Assembly: GCA_002722055.1 (NCBI GenBank)
Contig: PBKD01000014.1
Span: 419,230-483,229 of the forward strand
Length of the DNA stretch: 64,000 nt
Direction: 5' to 3'
Origin: Rhodospirillaceae bacterium
Lineage (GTDB): Bacteria; Pseudomonadota; Alphaproteobacteria; SHVP01
Shown here: positions 8,975 to 19,172 of the stretch, piece by piece
How the letters are laid out: the number at the start of each line of letters is the position of its first letter
Position numbering within the stretch: position 1 is the first letter of the stretch
The notes under the pieces: model-generated
What the model was told of the DNA's origin: nothing
Seen by the model: the letters and a program-made list of their open reading frames with translations, nothing else
The model's database searches: none
Position numbers and translations under genes: made by a program

Positions 8975-11944
8975 TTATATTTTATCCATCCATAAATCGT
9001 ACCTTGCTAGTTGGTGATAATCTTTATAACTATTGGTATTACGCCATGGATTAAACAAGTATGGTGTATTAGGGTTTTCAAATACATCAATAAGTTTCTT
9101 TAGGCCTTTCTCGGCATCATTAATTAAATTATTAACATTATTCAAATTATTCAAGCCTCTATCACTAGAGTTAGCAAGCTTTAAATATCTGAGATAATTT
9201 ACTTTCTTAAAATTAACTTTCTCAAACTCACCTAATTCAGCTATTAAACCTAACAATTGGAGCTGAGGTTTGATACCTTTTTCGACTTCAGATCTATTTG
9301 GCATAGAAGCTGTTTTATAATCAACAATCCCACAATGTCCCTCATCTAAAATTTCTATTCTATCTGCTTTTCCTTTTAACTTAAACTCTCCAATCTTAGT
9401 TTGAAATATATAGGATCCTCTCTCTTCAGTGATTAAATCTCCTTCAAAAATATTTCTTTGATTATTAATGCACCATGAAGCTATCTCCTCGAACCTAGGC
9501 CACCAAAAGCTACTAATAACTGGATCACTTATCTTAGTTCCAAGCAAGTTTATTCCTACATTAAGAAGGTTTTTTATACTTGGTTCAATTCCAATTTTAG
9601 AAACTTCTTTTGCAAAGGTATCTAATGCTTTATGAATGAACTGACCTTGCTTGCTAACATCTGGATCAAAAATAATAGAGTTTAGAGGCTGAATTTTTAA
9701 TATCTTTTTCATGTATACGGCATACGGATTATTGATTAATAAATCAATATCTGAAATTGATAAAGTTCTGGGTCTATATAATAAAGGGGGACAAACTACT
9801 GGAGCATGAGTCTCTATATAATTATCTGGCGTATAGAAAGAGTTTGCTAAATATTTAATTTCTGATTCTCTTTTTTTCTCTTCTTCACCTGGCAATCCAA
9901 TTAAATTATTAATACGAGTAAGCCACCTCGATGGAGAAGTTTGCTTTCCATTTTTTATCATAGACCTCGTTAAATATACTTCTGAAGAACAAAGATTCTG
10001 GACAAAATCGTGTGCTAAAAGACTTATCTTTTTTTGATCAATATTTATACCCAGTTTTTTACTAATATTGAGAGAAAGCCATGGACTTATCTCTTTTAAT
10101 GATGGCCATGAATCTTCGTTTAGATCTGATAATATCACAACATCAGCTTTATGCAACCTAGACTCAAAGGGTGTCCAAATATTAACTCTATATTCATTTT
10201 GAAAATTTTTTTCTTCTGTAATTGTATTAAATATTTTAAAAAGAAATTCCGTATAGTTTTTTTTATTTATTAGTTCTGCATCTGATATTTTACTAAGCAC
10301 TATATTAAGTTTTATGATATTTTCTTCTAGCTTAGAGTTTATTGAGATGGTATTACTACTTAAACAAAAAAAATCGCTATTTAAATTTAACCAATTGACT
10401 AGATCAATATTATATTTAAATAATTTTTTTATATTATTCTCAGAGTTATTAAATTTTTTCCTGAAATCTAAAAGTATATTTAAATTATCTTTCATCCAAA
10501 AACAAAATTCACTATGATATGGAATTGATTCATATTCAGAGTCACTAATTTTTTCTTCATTAATTAAGCTGATTATTTGCTCTATACTATTTATTGGAAA
10601 TGGTTTCCTTAGATATTTCTTTTCAAAATATTCAATACTAGAAATATGTATCTCTTTATCATTTGGGAATGAAAGTTTGTGTTTAAGCATTGATAATAGA
10701 TTTAGTATAGAAAAATTTTCTGACAAAAATTTAGCAGTAATTAATATAAAATTTCCTTCCAAAGTATTGGTGAGATTATCATTAGGCAAATTAATTTCTT
10801 TTATTTTTCTTTTTTTTAATTCAAGAACAACTCTCCTAACTAGATTTTTATTTGATGTGACTAATGCAATACTTTTTTTTGTTTTTTTAAAAGTTTTGTC
10901 GATAATTGCAGAAATTATTCTTGACTCCTCATTCTCTGAGTTACAAGAAATTCTAAAAAATCTATTTAAGTTATAATTTGAGATATTATATTTACGCCAA
11001 TTTTCAATTTTTTCTAATGGAATCATAATTTGACTAACCAATAAATCTCTATCAATATTGATAAGATTACTATCTTTATTCCATTTAATAATATTATCTC
11101 TATTTACATTGATATTTGATAATAATGACTTGATATTATATTGAGGGTGTGTTTCGTCTACGTATTTCCAACCATCTGAGTCTAAACATTTATCAAGCCC
11201 TGGGATAATTACAAAACCATTAGGGAGATTTGATACAAATTGAATGAGATTTCTTGTAACAGGCACACTTCCAGTTGAACCAGCAATAATAATGTTATCT
11301 GAAGGAGGATTTTCTTTCCATACTTTAATTAAGTTTTCAATTGTATAGTAGTAGTTATCAGATTTACTAACAATATTATTTTCTTTTGCTATTTTTGGCC
11401 AAGATTGGATAATTATATTTAAAAAGCTTCCAACTTCTCTCCAATGAAAGGCTAAGTCATTTGGTATTATTTTGGTTAAATTATTTTCATTAAATTGATT
11501 TATATCAGTTTCATCAAGCAACCTTCCTAATTGCTTTGAAAGATCTAATAAATTTTTAATATCATCATCCTTCCTGCCCTGATGTAATTTCCATTGATAA
11601 ATTAACTTTGAAAGTAAAACAGATCTATTTATCTCGGAAATTAAATTAGCTATTTTCTGTCTTTCCTTTTTTTCAAATTCTATATTTAAATTATTTTTTA
11701 ATAAGAAATCATTATTTTCTTCTGAAGAAAATTCACCTAAAGAAATGATATCAGGTAGGTTTTTGTTATCTATTTTTAGTTTTTCTACCAAGACTCTTTT
11801 AAAACTTATTTTAGACTTTTCAGTGGGTAAAAAGACTTTAGTTTTACTATATCCATCAGTATTGTTAACACGTTCTTTTAAACCAAAAGCTAGTGCTTCA
11901 ATAAAACTCTGACCTGATTGAATATAAAAAACCTTATTTTCCAT
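8975..11944 (-). CDS. addB: AddB-type helicase-nuclease subunit (inactivated helicase-like N-terminus, RecB-family nuclease C-terminus)
   Basis: 989 aa with a C-terminal nuclease motif (GKADRIEILDEGHCGIVDYKTA). Its size and its position upstream of addA match alphaproteobacterial addB-addA operons. Confidence 0.7.
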   Translation of the reverse strand: MENKVFYIQSGQSFIEALAFGLKERVNNTDGYSKTKVFLPTEKSKISFKRVLVEKLKIDNKNLPDIISLGEFSSEENNDFLLKNNLNIEFEKKERQKIANLISEINRSVLLSKLIYQWKLHQGRKDDDIKNLLDLSKQLGRLLDETDINQFNENNLTKIIPNDLAFHWREVGSFLNIIIQSWPKIAKENNIVSKSDNYYYTIENLIKVWKENPPSDNIIIAGSTGSVPVTRNLIQFVSNLPNGFVIIPGLDKCLDSDGWKYVDETHPQYNIKSLLSNINVNRDNIIKWNKDSNLINIDRDLLVSQIMIPLEKIENWRKYNISNYNLNRFFRISCNSENEESRIISAIIDKTFKKTKKSIALVTSNKNLVRRVVLELKKRKIKEINLPNDNLTNTLEGNFILITAKFLSENFSILNLLSMLKHKLSFPNDKEIHISSIEYFEKKYLRKPFPINSIEQIISLINEEKISDSEYESIPYHSEFCFWMKDNLNILLDFRKKFNNSENNIKKLFKYNIDLVNWLNLNSDFFCLSSNTISINSKLEENIIKLNIVLSKISDAELINKKNYTEFLFKIFNTITEEKNFQNEYRVNIWTPFESRLHKADVVILSDLNEDSWPSLKEISPWLSLNISKKLGINIDQKKISLLAHDFVQNLCSSEVYLTRSMIKNGKQTSPSRWLTRINNLIGLPGEEEKKRESEIKYLANSFYTPDNYIETHAPVVCPPLLYRPRTLSISDIDLLINNPYAVYMKKILKIQPLNSIIFDPDVSKQGQFIHKALDTFAKEVSKIGIEPSIKNLLNVGINLLGTKISDPVISSFWWPRFEEIASWCINNQRNIFEGDLITEERGSYIFQTKIGEFKLKGKADRIEILDEGHCGIVDYKTASMPNRSEVEKGIKPQLQLLGLIAELGEFEKVNFKKVNYLRYLKLANSSDRGLNNLNNVNNLINDAEKGLKKLIDVFENPNTPYLFNPWRNTNSYKDYHQLARYDLWMDKI

Positions 11945-11953
11945 TTAAATACT

Positions 11954-12685
11954 TCATATTTTTTTTAACTGTCTTTCTGCATTTATTACCTCTTCTGGAG
12001 TGCCTACATGCAACCAATTACCTGAATAAATTATACCATAAAGCTTATTTTTTTTAATAGACTCATCCCAAATTTTATTAATTGAAAAAGCGTTAGCTGG
12101 TAAATTAAAAAATTTAGAAGTGTTTGCAAGACATAGTCCAGTATATATGTAACGTTCTGAGTTATTACCTCTAACCCTGGTTATATTATTATATTTATTT
12201 ATATTAAAATCACCTGAACCTTTATAATATTTTGCCTTTTCTAATGGGAATAATAATAATAAAAAATCCATTTTTTCTGGATTCCATAGGCTTATCATCT
12301 TATTCATTATGTTGATTTCTTTATCTACTCTAATCGTATCAGAATTTAGTATAAAAAAGGGATTTGAAGATATTAAATTTATTCCATTTACAATACCACC
12401 TCCAGTATCAAGAAGCTTATCAGACTCAATAGAAAATTTTATTTTTAATTTTTTTGAAATCTTTGACTTCTTATTGAGGTAAGATTCTAGCTTCTGTGAT
12501 TTGTAATGAAGATTTATGACTACATTATTAATTCCAAAATTTATTAAGTTTTCAAGTGAATACTCAATCAACGGTTTATTATTGACCTTAACTAATGGTT
12601 TTGGAATATCATGGGTTAAATGTTTCATTCTTTTCCCTAGACCTGCAGCTAGAATAAAAGCATCAATGTTAATTTTTTTATCCAT
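11954..12685 (-). CDS. sugar-phosphate nucleotidyltransferase, MurU-like (N-acetylmuramate-1-phosphate uridylyltransferase family)
   Basis: 243 aa with the N-terminal ILAAGLGKRM…PKPL nucleotidyltransferase motif; sits in the conserved position between the APH-like kinase and addB. Confidence 0.6.
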   Translation of the reverse strand: MDKKINIDAFILAAGLGKRMKHLTHDIPKPLVKVNNKPLIEYSLENLINFGINNVVINLHYKSQKLESYLNKKSKISKKLKIKFSIESDKLLDTGGGIVNGINLISSNPFFILNSDTIRVDKEINIMNKMISLWNPEKMDFLLLLFPLEKAKYYKGSGDFNINKYNNITRVRGNNSERYIYTGLCLANTSKFFNLPANAFSINKIWDESIKKNKLYGIIYSGNWLHVGTPEEVINAERQLKKI

Positions 12686-13694
12686 TTAATTTAGATATTT
12701 CTTCAGGTATAAAATATTTATAGGAATCAGCTAAATCTTTAAGTTCTGGGTTTTTTAAATTATTTTTTAAATTTTTCCATACTCTATTCATATGTTTTTG
12801 ATAACTTAATTTATTATCTCTTAATTTTAATCTTGCAAAAACGCCCAGAATTCTTGTATTTCGTTGAGCGCCAACACAATCATATATTAAATTAAACTCA
12901 TCTAACGTCCCTTTAAAAAATTGTAGGTAACGTTTCTTTAATTTATTTTGTAATTTTTCACTTACAGTAATTCTGGCATCCTGAAGTAAAGAAACAAGAT
13001 CATATACTGCTGGACCTATTAAAGCATCTTGAAAATCTAAAACACCAACCCTTTTAAAACTTGAACGGTCGTTTAACCAAACTAAGTTATCTATGTGATA
13101 GTCAAAGTGAGTAATTACATTAGATGCAGAGTGGATTTTTTTTGCTATTATTGACCAGCTATCTATGAAGTCTTTTTTTAATTTTTGATTTTTAGTTTCA
13201 CCAAAGTAATACGGTAGAGTCCAATCTAAAAATATTTGGACCTCATCCAAAATTCTTTTCTCAGAAAAAACCTCTAAGTTTGACGGCAAATCTGCATCCT
13301 GTAAAATTTTTAAAACATCAATAGCACTCTCATACAATAAGTCATATTTAGAATTATTTTGTATAAAATTATTAAATGTTTCTCTACCAAAATCTTCCAA
13401 TAATACAAAGCCTTTATCATGATCTACTTTAAATATCTCAGGAACACTTAAATTTATTTCCTTTAAAATATTTGCTACATTTAAAAATCTTTCTAAATTA
13501 ATAAATTCTTGATCATCCATTAATATCATACTCACTTCTTGATTATATAACCTGTGATATCTTCTATGAGAAGCATCACTCTTCATCAATACTAATTGAT
13601 CTGAACTGATATTATTTTTTGTCAGGAAATCTTCAATAAGATGTAATTTTTTTTTAATTACCATAACCAATTTTTCTATTTTTCCATTTCCCAA
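12678..13694 (-). CDS. aminoglycoside-phosphotransferase-fold kinase, AmgK-like (anomeric MurNAc/GlcNAc kinase family)
   Basis: 338 aa with the catalytic loop HFDYHIDNLVW (HxDxxxxN) and the VLDFQDA metal-binding motif; conserved partner of the downstream nucleotidyltransferase. Confidence 0.6.
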   Translation of the reverse strand: MGNGKIEKLVMVIKKKLHLIEDFLTKNNISSDQLVLMKSDASHRRYHRLYNQEVSMILMDDQEFINLERFLNVANILKEINLSVPEIFKVDHDKGFVLLEDFGRETFNNFIQNNSKYDLLYESAIDVLKILQDADLPSNLEVFSEKRILDEVQIFLDWTLPYYFGETKNQKLKKDFIDSWSIIAKKIHSASNVITHFDYHIDNLVWLNDRSSFKRVGVLDFQDALIGPAVYDLVSLLQDARITVSEKLQNKLKKRYLQFFKGTLDEFNLIYDCVGAQRNTRILGVFARLKLRDNKLSYQKHMNRVWKNLKNNLKNPELKDLADSYKYFIPEEISKLNG

Positions 13695-14079
13695 AACTAT
13701 TTAATGTCACAGATCTTACATTTGTATTTTCAGCTAAAATCTTTAGTTGAATCTCTAGCCTATCTCTTGGAAAATGATTCTTAATTAATTCTGGCCATTC
13801 TACTAATAATATTCCTTTTTCTAACGCATCCTCAATCCCCAGCTCCCAAACCTCACTAGATGTTTTCAATCTATATAAATCAAAATGCCAAATAGTGTTA
13901 AAGTTATTTTTATATGTAAACACAAAATTGTAGGTCGGACTTGGAACTCTGGTTTCTTTCGAACAAAAAAATTGGACAAAATATTTAGCAAAAGTAGTTT
14001 TACCTGAACCAACCCCGCCCTTTAAGGCGATAAATTCATTCTTCTGACATAAAGAAGCAACTTTATTAGCTAGTTTCAT
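13654..14079 (-). CDS. tsaE: tRNA threonylcarbamoyladenosine biosynthesis ATPase TsaE (YjeE)
   Basis: 141 aa with the P-loop GGVGSGKTT, SPTYNF, HFDLYRL and VEWPE motifs. Confidence 0.8.
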   Translation of the reverse strand: MKLANKVASLCQKNEFIALKGGVGSGKTTFAKYFVQFFCSKETRVPSPTYNFVFTYKNNFNTIWHFDLYRLKTSSEVWELGIEDALEKGILLVEWPELIKNHFPRDRLEIQLKILAENTNVRSVTLNSFGKWKNRKIGYGN

Positions 14080-14248
14080 AATTTGATTTTCATCAAATAT
14101 CTCTATTTTCTTTAAACTTATATCTCTACTCCATTAAAAATATTATTTTAAATAGATACTTTACTATAGCCGACAAGGCGACTTGTTATCTAAACTTTTG
14201 AATGTTAAACTGCTTTTGCTATTTTAAGATATAAACATAATTTTTTCT

Positions 14249-14956
14249 ATGAATAAAGCAATTGCTCTTGTTGATGATGATAGAAATATATTAACCTCTG
14301 TATCGATTGCTCTCGAAACTGAAGGCTTTAGAGTTCATACTTATACAGATGGATTAGAAGCTATCGAGGGACTAAAAAAACAACCTGTAGAGTTAATTAT
14401 TCTCGATCTAAAAATGCCAGTGATGGATGGTATGGAAATGCTTTCTCAATTGAGAAAAAATAGCAAAATTCCTGTTATAATTTTGACCTCAAAAGATGAT
14501 GAAATAGATGAAGTCCTCGGCTTAAAAATGGGAGCAGATGACTATATTAAGAAACCCTTTTCCCAAAGATTGCTAAATGAAAGAGTGAGAACAATTTTTA
14601 GAAGAATCTCTAATGAAAAAAAGAATATCCAGAAAGAAAATTTGGCCGGAGAAAAAGAAAAAATTTTAAGAGGTCAACTTGAACTGGATCTCCTCCAACA
14701 TAAGTGTACATGGAAAGATAAGGAGATCCAATTAACTGTTACAGAATTTATAATATTAAAAGACTTAGCTCTGAGACCTGGTCATGTTAAAAGTAGAGAA
14801 CAATTAATGGATATAGCATATAGTGATAATTCATACGTTGACGACAGGACTATTGACAGTCACATTAAGAGACTTAGAAAGAAATTTAGGAATATTGATA
14901 AATCTTTTGATTATATAGAAACTTTATATGGATTAGGTTACAAATTCCGTGAGTAA
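14249..14956 (+). CDS. OmpR-family response regulator (ChvI-like)
   Basis: 235 aa with a receiver domain (DDD…ILDLKMP…KDD) and a C-terminal winged-helix domain ([12 protein letters not shown]…YGLGYKF). Divergent from tsaE and followed by a cognate kinase and ahcY, as in the chvI-chvG loci of other alphaproteobacteria. Confidence 0.8.
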   Translation: MNKAIALVDDDRNILTSVSIALETEGFRVHTYTDGLEAIEGLKKQPVELIILDLKMPVMDGMEMLSQLRKNSKIPVIILTSKDDEIDEVLGLKMGADDYIKKPFSQRLLNERVRTIFRRISNEKKNIQKENLAGEKEKILRGQLELDLLQHKCTWKDKEIQLTVTEFIILKDLALRPGHVKSREQLMDIAYSDNSYVDDRTIDSHIKRLRKKFRNIDKSFDYIETLYGLGYKFRE

Positions 14957-16565
14957 AATTGAAAATAAATATACAATTAGCCAAGATAAAAAAAGAAAAA
15001 AATGGAAAACAATAACTGTAAGAATTCTTACCATAAATATTTTTGGTTTATTGATTTTGATGGGAGGCATGCTCTACCTCAATCAGTTTAGGGAAGGTTT
15101 GATTAATACAAAAATAACCTCATTAACCAATGAAGGATCTGTGATTGCTGGAGCACTAAGTCAAAGCGCTTTAGATTTAGATAAAAATTATGATTATTTC
15201 TTAAATAGGTCAAAAACTAATTCTCTTCTTAGAAGAATGGTAAATACTACGTCAAAAAGAGCGAGGGTATTTAACTCCAAAGGTGTTCTTATATCAGATA
15301 GCAGGATTATTCTAGAAGCAGGAAGAAACGTGCAAGCTGAGGACCTACCTAACGATTTTTTTGAAAGTTTATTATATAAAATTTATACTCAAATCAAATC
15401 AATAATTCCATGGTCTAACTCCTATAATAATAAATTACCGAAGTACTCAGAGAATATTCCTCAGTTAGCTAGTGACTATAATGAAGTAAGTTCGGCACTT
15501 TTAGGTGAAACCCATTATGCTTTAAGAGCGTCTAAACAAAATCTTATTATTTCAGTTGCAGTACCTATTCAATCTTTTAAAACGGTTCAAGGCGCCTTAC
15601 TTTTATCTACAAATACCACAGATATTGACGATAGAGTATCTCAATTTCAAATGAATATAATTAAGGTTTCAGGCCTATCTTTAGTAATTACAATTTTACT
15701 ATCTTTATATTTATCAAATGTTCTAACAAGACCAGTTAAACAACTAGCAAGAGCTGCAAATAGAGTTAGAAATATAAATTATAGGCAAATTGAAATTCCA
15801 GACTTCACCTCTCGCGAAGATGAAATTGGTGACCTTTCCTATGCAATAAGAGACATGACTCAGGAATTATATAATCGTATTGATGCTATTGAATCATTTG
15901 CAGCTGATGTATCTCATGAAATCAAAAATCCTCTTACAAGCTTAGGCAGTGCAATAGATGCCTTCAACAAAGTATCAGATAAAAGTAAGCAGGAAAAACT
16001 AGTTAGCATAATGAAGCTCGACCTTAAAAGGATTGATAGATTAATAACAGATATCTCAAATGCATCAAGGCTAGATGCTGAGCTTTCAAGAAGTAAAATG
16101 AGACCAATAAATATAATAAAACTTTTAGAAACTATTTTAATTGTTTACAAAACAAAGGGGTGGAAGAATAAAATAATTCTTGAGTCAGACTTCAAAGAAC
16201 TTTGGATAACTGGTATAGAGGATAGTATTGGACAGATAATTAAAAATTTAGTTGATAATGCCATAAGTTTCTCTCCAAAATCAGAGTCTATAAAACTTAA
16301 AGCCTGGCAAATAAAAAATTATATTTTTATATCTTGTGAAGATGAAGGCCCTGGTTTCAAATTTAATGATATGGACAAAATTTTTGATAGATTTTACACA
16401 AAAAGGACCTCAGAAGAATCATTCGGAAAACATTCAGGTCTTGGACTATATATTTCAAAAAAAATCGCTAAAGTTCATGGTGGGAAAATTTCAGCTAAAA
16501 ATAAAAAAGATGCAATGGGAAACATAATTGGAGCAATATTTATTTTGGAGATTCCAGTTAAATAA
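14949..16565 (+). CDS. sensor histidine kinase (ChvG/ExoS-like)
   Basis: 538 aa with two TM segments flanking a periplasmic domain, then HAMP, an H-box [11 protein letters not shown] and an ATPase G-box DEGPGF…GLGL. The start is GTG, overlapping the regulator's stop. Confidence 0.85.
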   Translation: MSKIENKYTISQDKKRKKWKTITVRILTINIFGLLILMGGMLYLNQFREGLINTKITSLTNEGSVIAGALSQSALDLDKNYDYFLNRSKTNSLLRRMVNTTSKRARVFNSKGVLISDSRIILEAGRNVQAEDLPNDFFESLLYKIYTQIKSIIPWSNSYNNKLPKYSENIPQLASDYNEVSSALLGETHYALRASKQNLIISVAVPIQSFKTVQGALLLSTNTTDIDDRVSQFQMNIIKVSGLSLVITILLSLYLSNVLTRPVKQLARAANRVRNINYRQIEIPDFTSREDEIGDLSYAIRDMTQELYNRIDAIESFAADVSHEIKNPLTSLGSAIDAFNKVSDKSKQEKLVSIMKLDLKRIDRLITDISNASRLDAELSRSKMRPINIIKLLETILIVYKTKGWKNKIILESDFKELWITGIEDSIGQIIKNLVDNAISFSPKSESIKLKAWQIKNYIFISCEDEGPGFKFNDMDKIFDRFYTKRTSEESFGKHSGLGLYISKKIAKVHGGKISAKNKKDAMGNIIGAIFILEIPVK

Positions 16566-16660
16566 ATAAATGATAATGAATTGATAAATTAATGTTGCAG
16601 CATTACATTTACACTGATAAACCATAACTAATATTGAAATAATGACTTAAAGAGTATCAA

Positions 16661-18067
16661 ATGACAAAACTTAATGACAAAGACTACGTAGTTCAGGATA
16701 TATCTTTGGCTAGGTGGGGAAAAGATGAAATATCTATTGCTGAAACTGAAATGCCTGGACTTATGAAACTTCGTGAAGAATTTCAAAATAAACACCCTCT
16801 TAAAGGCTCCAAAATAGCCGGTTGCCTACATATGACAATACAAACTGCTGTACTAATTGAAACTCTTAAGGATCTTGGCGCAGAACTTAGATGGTCATCC
16901 TGCAATATATTTTCAACACAGGACCATGCAGCAGCAGCAATAGCGGACCAGGGAATTCCTGTCTATGCAAAAAAAGGAGAGACCCTTGAAGAATACTGGG
17001 AATATGTTCACAAAATATTTGAATGGCACGATGGTGGAACTCCTAATATGATTCTTGATGATGGAGGGGATGCGACTGTTCTGATTCATTTAGGCATGAA
17101 AGCAGAAAAAAACCTTTCTATCTTAGACAATCCCCAGAACGAAGAAGAAGAAGTATTGTTTCAATCTATAAAGGACAAAATTAAAACTGATAAAGGGTGG
17201 TATAGTAGAATAGGTCAATCAATTAAAGGTGTTACAGAAGAAACTACAACAGGAGTTCTTAGGTTGTATGAAATGGAAAAAAAGAACGAACTTTTATTCC
17301 CTGCTATAAATGTTAACGATTCTGTTACTAAATCTAAATTTGATAATTTATATGGTTGTAGAGAGAGTCTAGTTGATGGAATCAGAAGAGGTACTGATGT
17401 AATGATGGCTGGAAAAATCGCTACAATTGCTGGCTATGGAGATGTTGGAAAAGGCTCAGCTCAATCATTAAGAAACGCTGGATGTAGAGTTATGGTTACA
17501 GAAATTGATCCGATTTGTGCTCTTCAAGCCGCTATGGAAGGTTTTGAGGTTGTCACAATGGAGGAAGCTGCAAAGAAGTCAGATATATTTGTAACTGCAA
17601 CAGGAAACAAGGATGTAATAACTATAGATCATATGAGAGAGATGAAAGATAGAGCTATTGTATGTAATATAGGTCATTTTGACTCTGAAATACAAGTTGC
17701 AGGACTTAGAAATATGAACTGGCATGAAGTAAAACCCCAAGTTGATGAGATAGAGTTTCCTGACGGAAAGAAAATTATACTTCTCTCAAAAGGTAGACTG
17801 GTTAACTTAGGAAATGCGATGGGACACCCCAGTTTTGTAATGAGTGCATCTTTCTCTAATCAAGTTCTTGCGCAAATAGAACTATGGAATAACCCTCAAA
17901 AGTATGAAAAGAAAGTATATGTTTTGCCAAAAAATTTAGATGAAAAAGTAGCGGCTATCCATTTGGATAAACTTGGGGCTAAGTTAACAAAACTAACTAA
18001 AGAACAATCAGATTATATCGGTGTAGATAATACTGGTCCCTTTAAGCCTGAATATTATAGGTACTAG
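16661..18067 (+). CDS. ahcY: adenosylhomocysteinase
   Basis: 468 aa with an SAHH-typical N-terminus ([28 protein letters not shown]) and the NAD-binding GYGDVGKG motif. Confidence 0.95.
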   Translation: MTKLNDKDYVVQDISLARWGKDEISIAETEMPGLMKLREEFQNKHPLKGSKIAGCLHMTIQTAVLIETLKDLGAELRWSSCNIFSTQDHAAAAIADQGIPVYAKKGETLEEYWEYVHKIFEWHDGGTPNMILDDGGDATVLIHLGMKAEKNLSILDNPQNEEEEVLFQSIKDKIKTDKGWYSRIGQSIKGVTEETTTGVLRLYEMEKKNELLFPAINVNDSVTKSKFDNLYGCRESLVDGIRRGTDVMMAGKIATIAGYGDVGKGSAQSLRNAGCRVMVTEIDPICALQAAMEGFEVVTMEEAAKKSDIFVTATGNKDVITIDHMREMKDRAIVCNIGHFDSEIQVAGLRNMNWHEVKPQVDEIEFPDGKKIILLSKGRLVNLGNAMGHPSFVMSASFSNQVLAQIELWNNPQKYEKKVYVLPKNLDEKVAAIHLDKLGAKLTKLTKEQSDYIGVDNTGPFKPEYYRY

Positions 18068-18326
18068 AAAATATCTTTATTGCTTAATTTTTGTATCAAT
18101 TATGATAAATTACTTAAAATAAGCTAAAAATTTTAATTTTTTCTCTTTATTTAATTTAAATAAGAAGGAAATTATTATAAATTAACCATATGAGACTGCA
18201 GATTTATTGGGTAAAAGATTTTAAAAATAAAGTTTTAATTCAATCTCTCAGCTGACTTGACCAAAAATGCTATTTTTTTTATCATTAAGTACCTTGTTTG
18301 CTAATTAATTAGGAAAAATTCAACAT

Positions 18327-19151
18327 ATGTCAATTTCTACTATTTTAGGAGTGCTTTTCGGTCTAGGTCTAGTTGTTGGCTCTATTGCTATTTCAACTGA
18401 TAACCTTGCATCATTTATAAGCATACCTTCTATGCTAATTGTTGTAGGTGGGACACTGGCTGCCTCTTTTATTGGTTTTCAAGCTAGGTATGTTATTCAA
18501 GCATTAAAAGATATAGGAGCATTAGTAAAAAAAGAAACAGTTAATAGAAATATTCTTACTCAGGAAACAGGAAAAATAATTCGCTGGGGATTCTTGGTTA
18601 AAAAAAATGGAATCTTAGCACTTGAAAGAGAGGCTAAATCGGCAAAAGACCAGGATTATTATCTTAATTATGGAATAGACTTAGTGATTACAGGTTATAC
18701 TGCAGATGAAGTGAGAGATATGATGCAAGCTGCAGCTGGTGAAATGTTTGGGAGAGCAATGGTAAATGCAGATATCTTGAAAAATATGACAGCGGTTGCT
18801 CCAGCTTTTGGAATGATTGGCACACTAATTGGTCTTATCATAATGCTACAAAATATTGGGGGAGATCCCAATGGACTTGGAGCTGGCCTAGCTGTTGCGT
18901 TGCTAACTACTCTATACGGTGTTTTATTTGCACGAATGGTTTTCGCACCAGCAGCAACAAAAGCAGCTCAAAAAGCTGGTATTCAAAGATTTAGAAACCT
19001 CTTAGTTTGCGAAGGTTTAGCAATGCTTGCAGAACATAGAAGTCCTAGATATATACAAGATAGGATGAATAGTTTTCTCGATCCTGAAATCCACTACTCT
19101 ATTGATAAAAAAGGTGGCGGTGGAAAAGATAAGAAGAAGAAAGCTGCATAA
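18327..19151 (+). CDS. MotA/PomA-family proton-channel stator subunit
   Basis: 274 aa with four TM helices, a roughly 100-aa cytoplasmic loop between TM2 and TM3 (GIDLVITGYTADEVR), the conserved TM3 AVAPAFGMIGTLIGL and TM4 AVALLTTLYGV, and an unusual Gly/Lys-rich C-terminal tail. Confidence 0.75.
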   Translation: MSISTILGVLFGLGLVVGSIAISTDNLASFISIPSMLIVVGGTLAASFIGFQARYVIQALKDIGALVKKETVNRNILTQETGKIIRWGFLVKKNGILALEREAKSAKDQDYYLNYGIDLVITGYTADEVRDMMQAAAGEMFGRAMVNADILKNMTAVAPAFGMIGTLIGLIIMLQNIGGDPNGLGAGLAVALLTTLYGVLFARMVFAPAATKAAQKAGIQRFRNLLVCEGLAMLAEHRSPRYIQDRMNSFLDPEIHYSIDKKGGGGKDKKKKAA

Positions 19152-19172
19152 CATTCACTAGATAGATAAGAT

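Noticed and set aside
16566-16660. Possible SAH or SAM riboswitch in the 95-nt leader of ahcY
   Set aside because: The leader is short and almost pure A/T. I cannot recognise the GC-rich pseudoknot core of the SAH riboswitch or the SAM-V consensus. Only a weak 5-bp hairpin is present. A covariance-model scan would be needed, and by eye there is no support.
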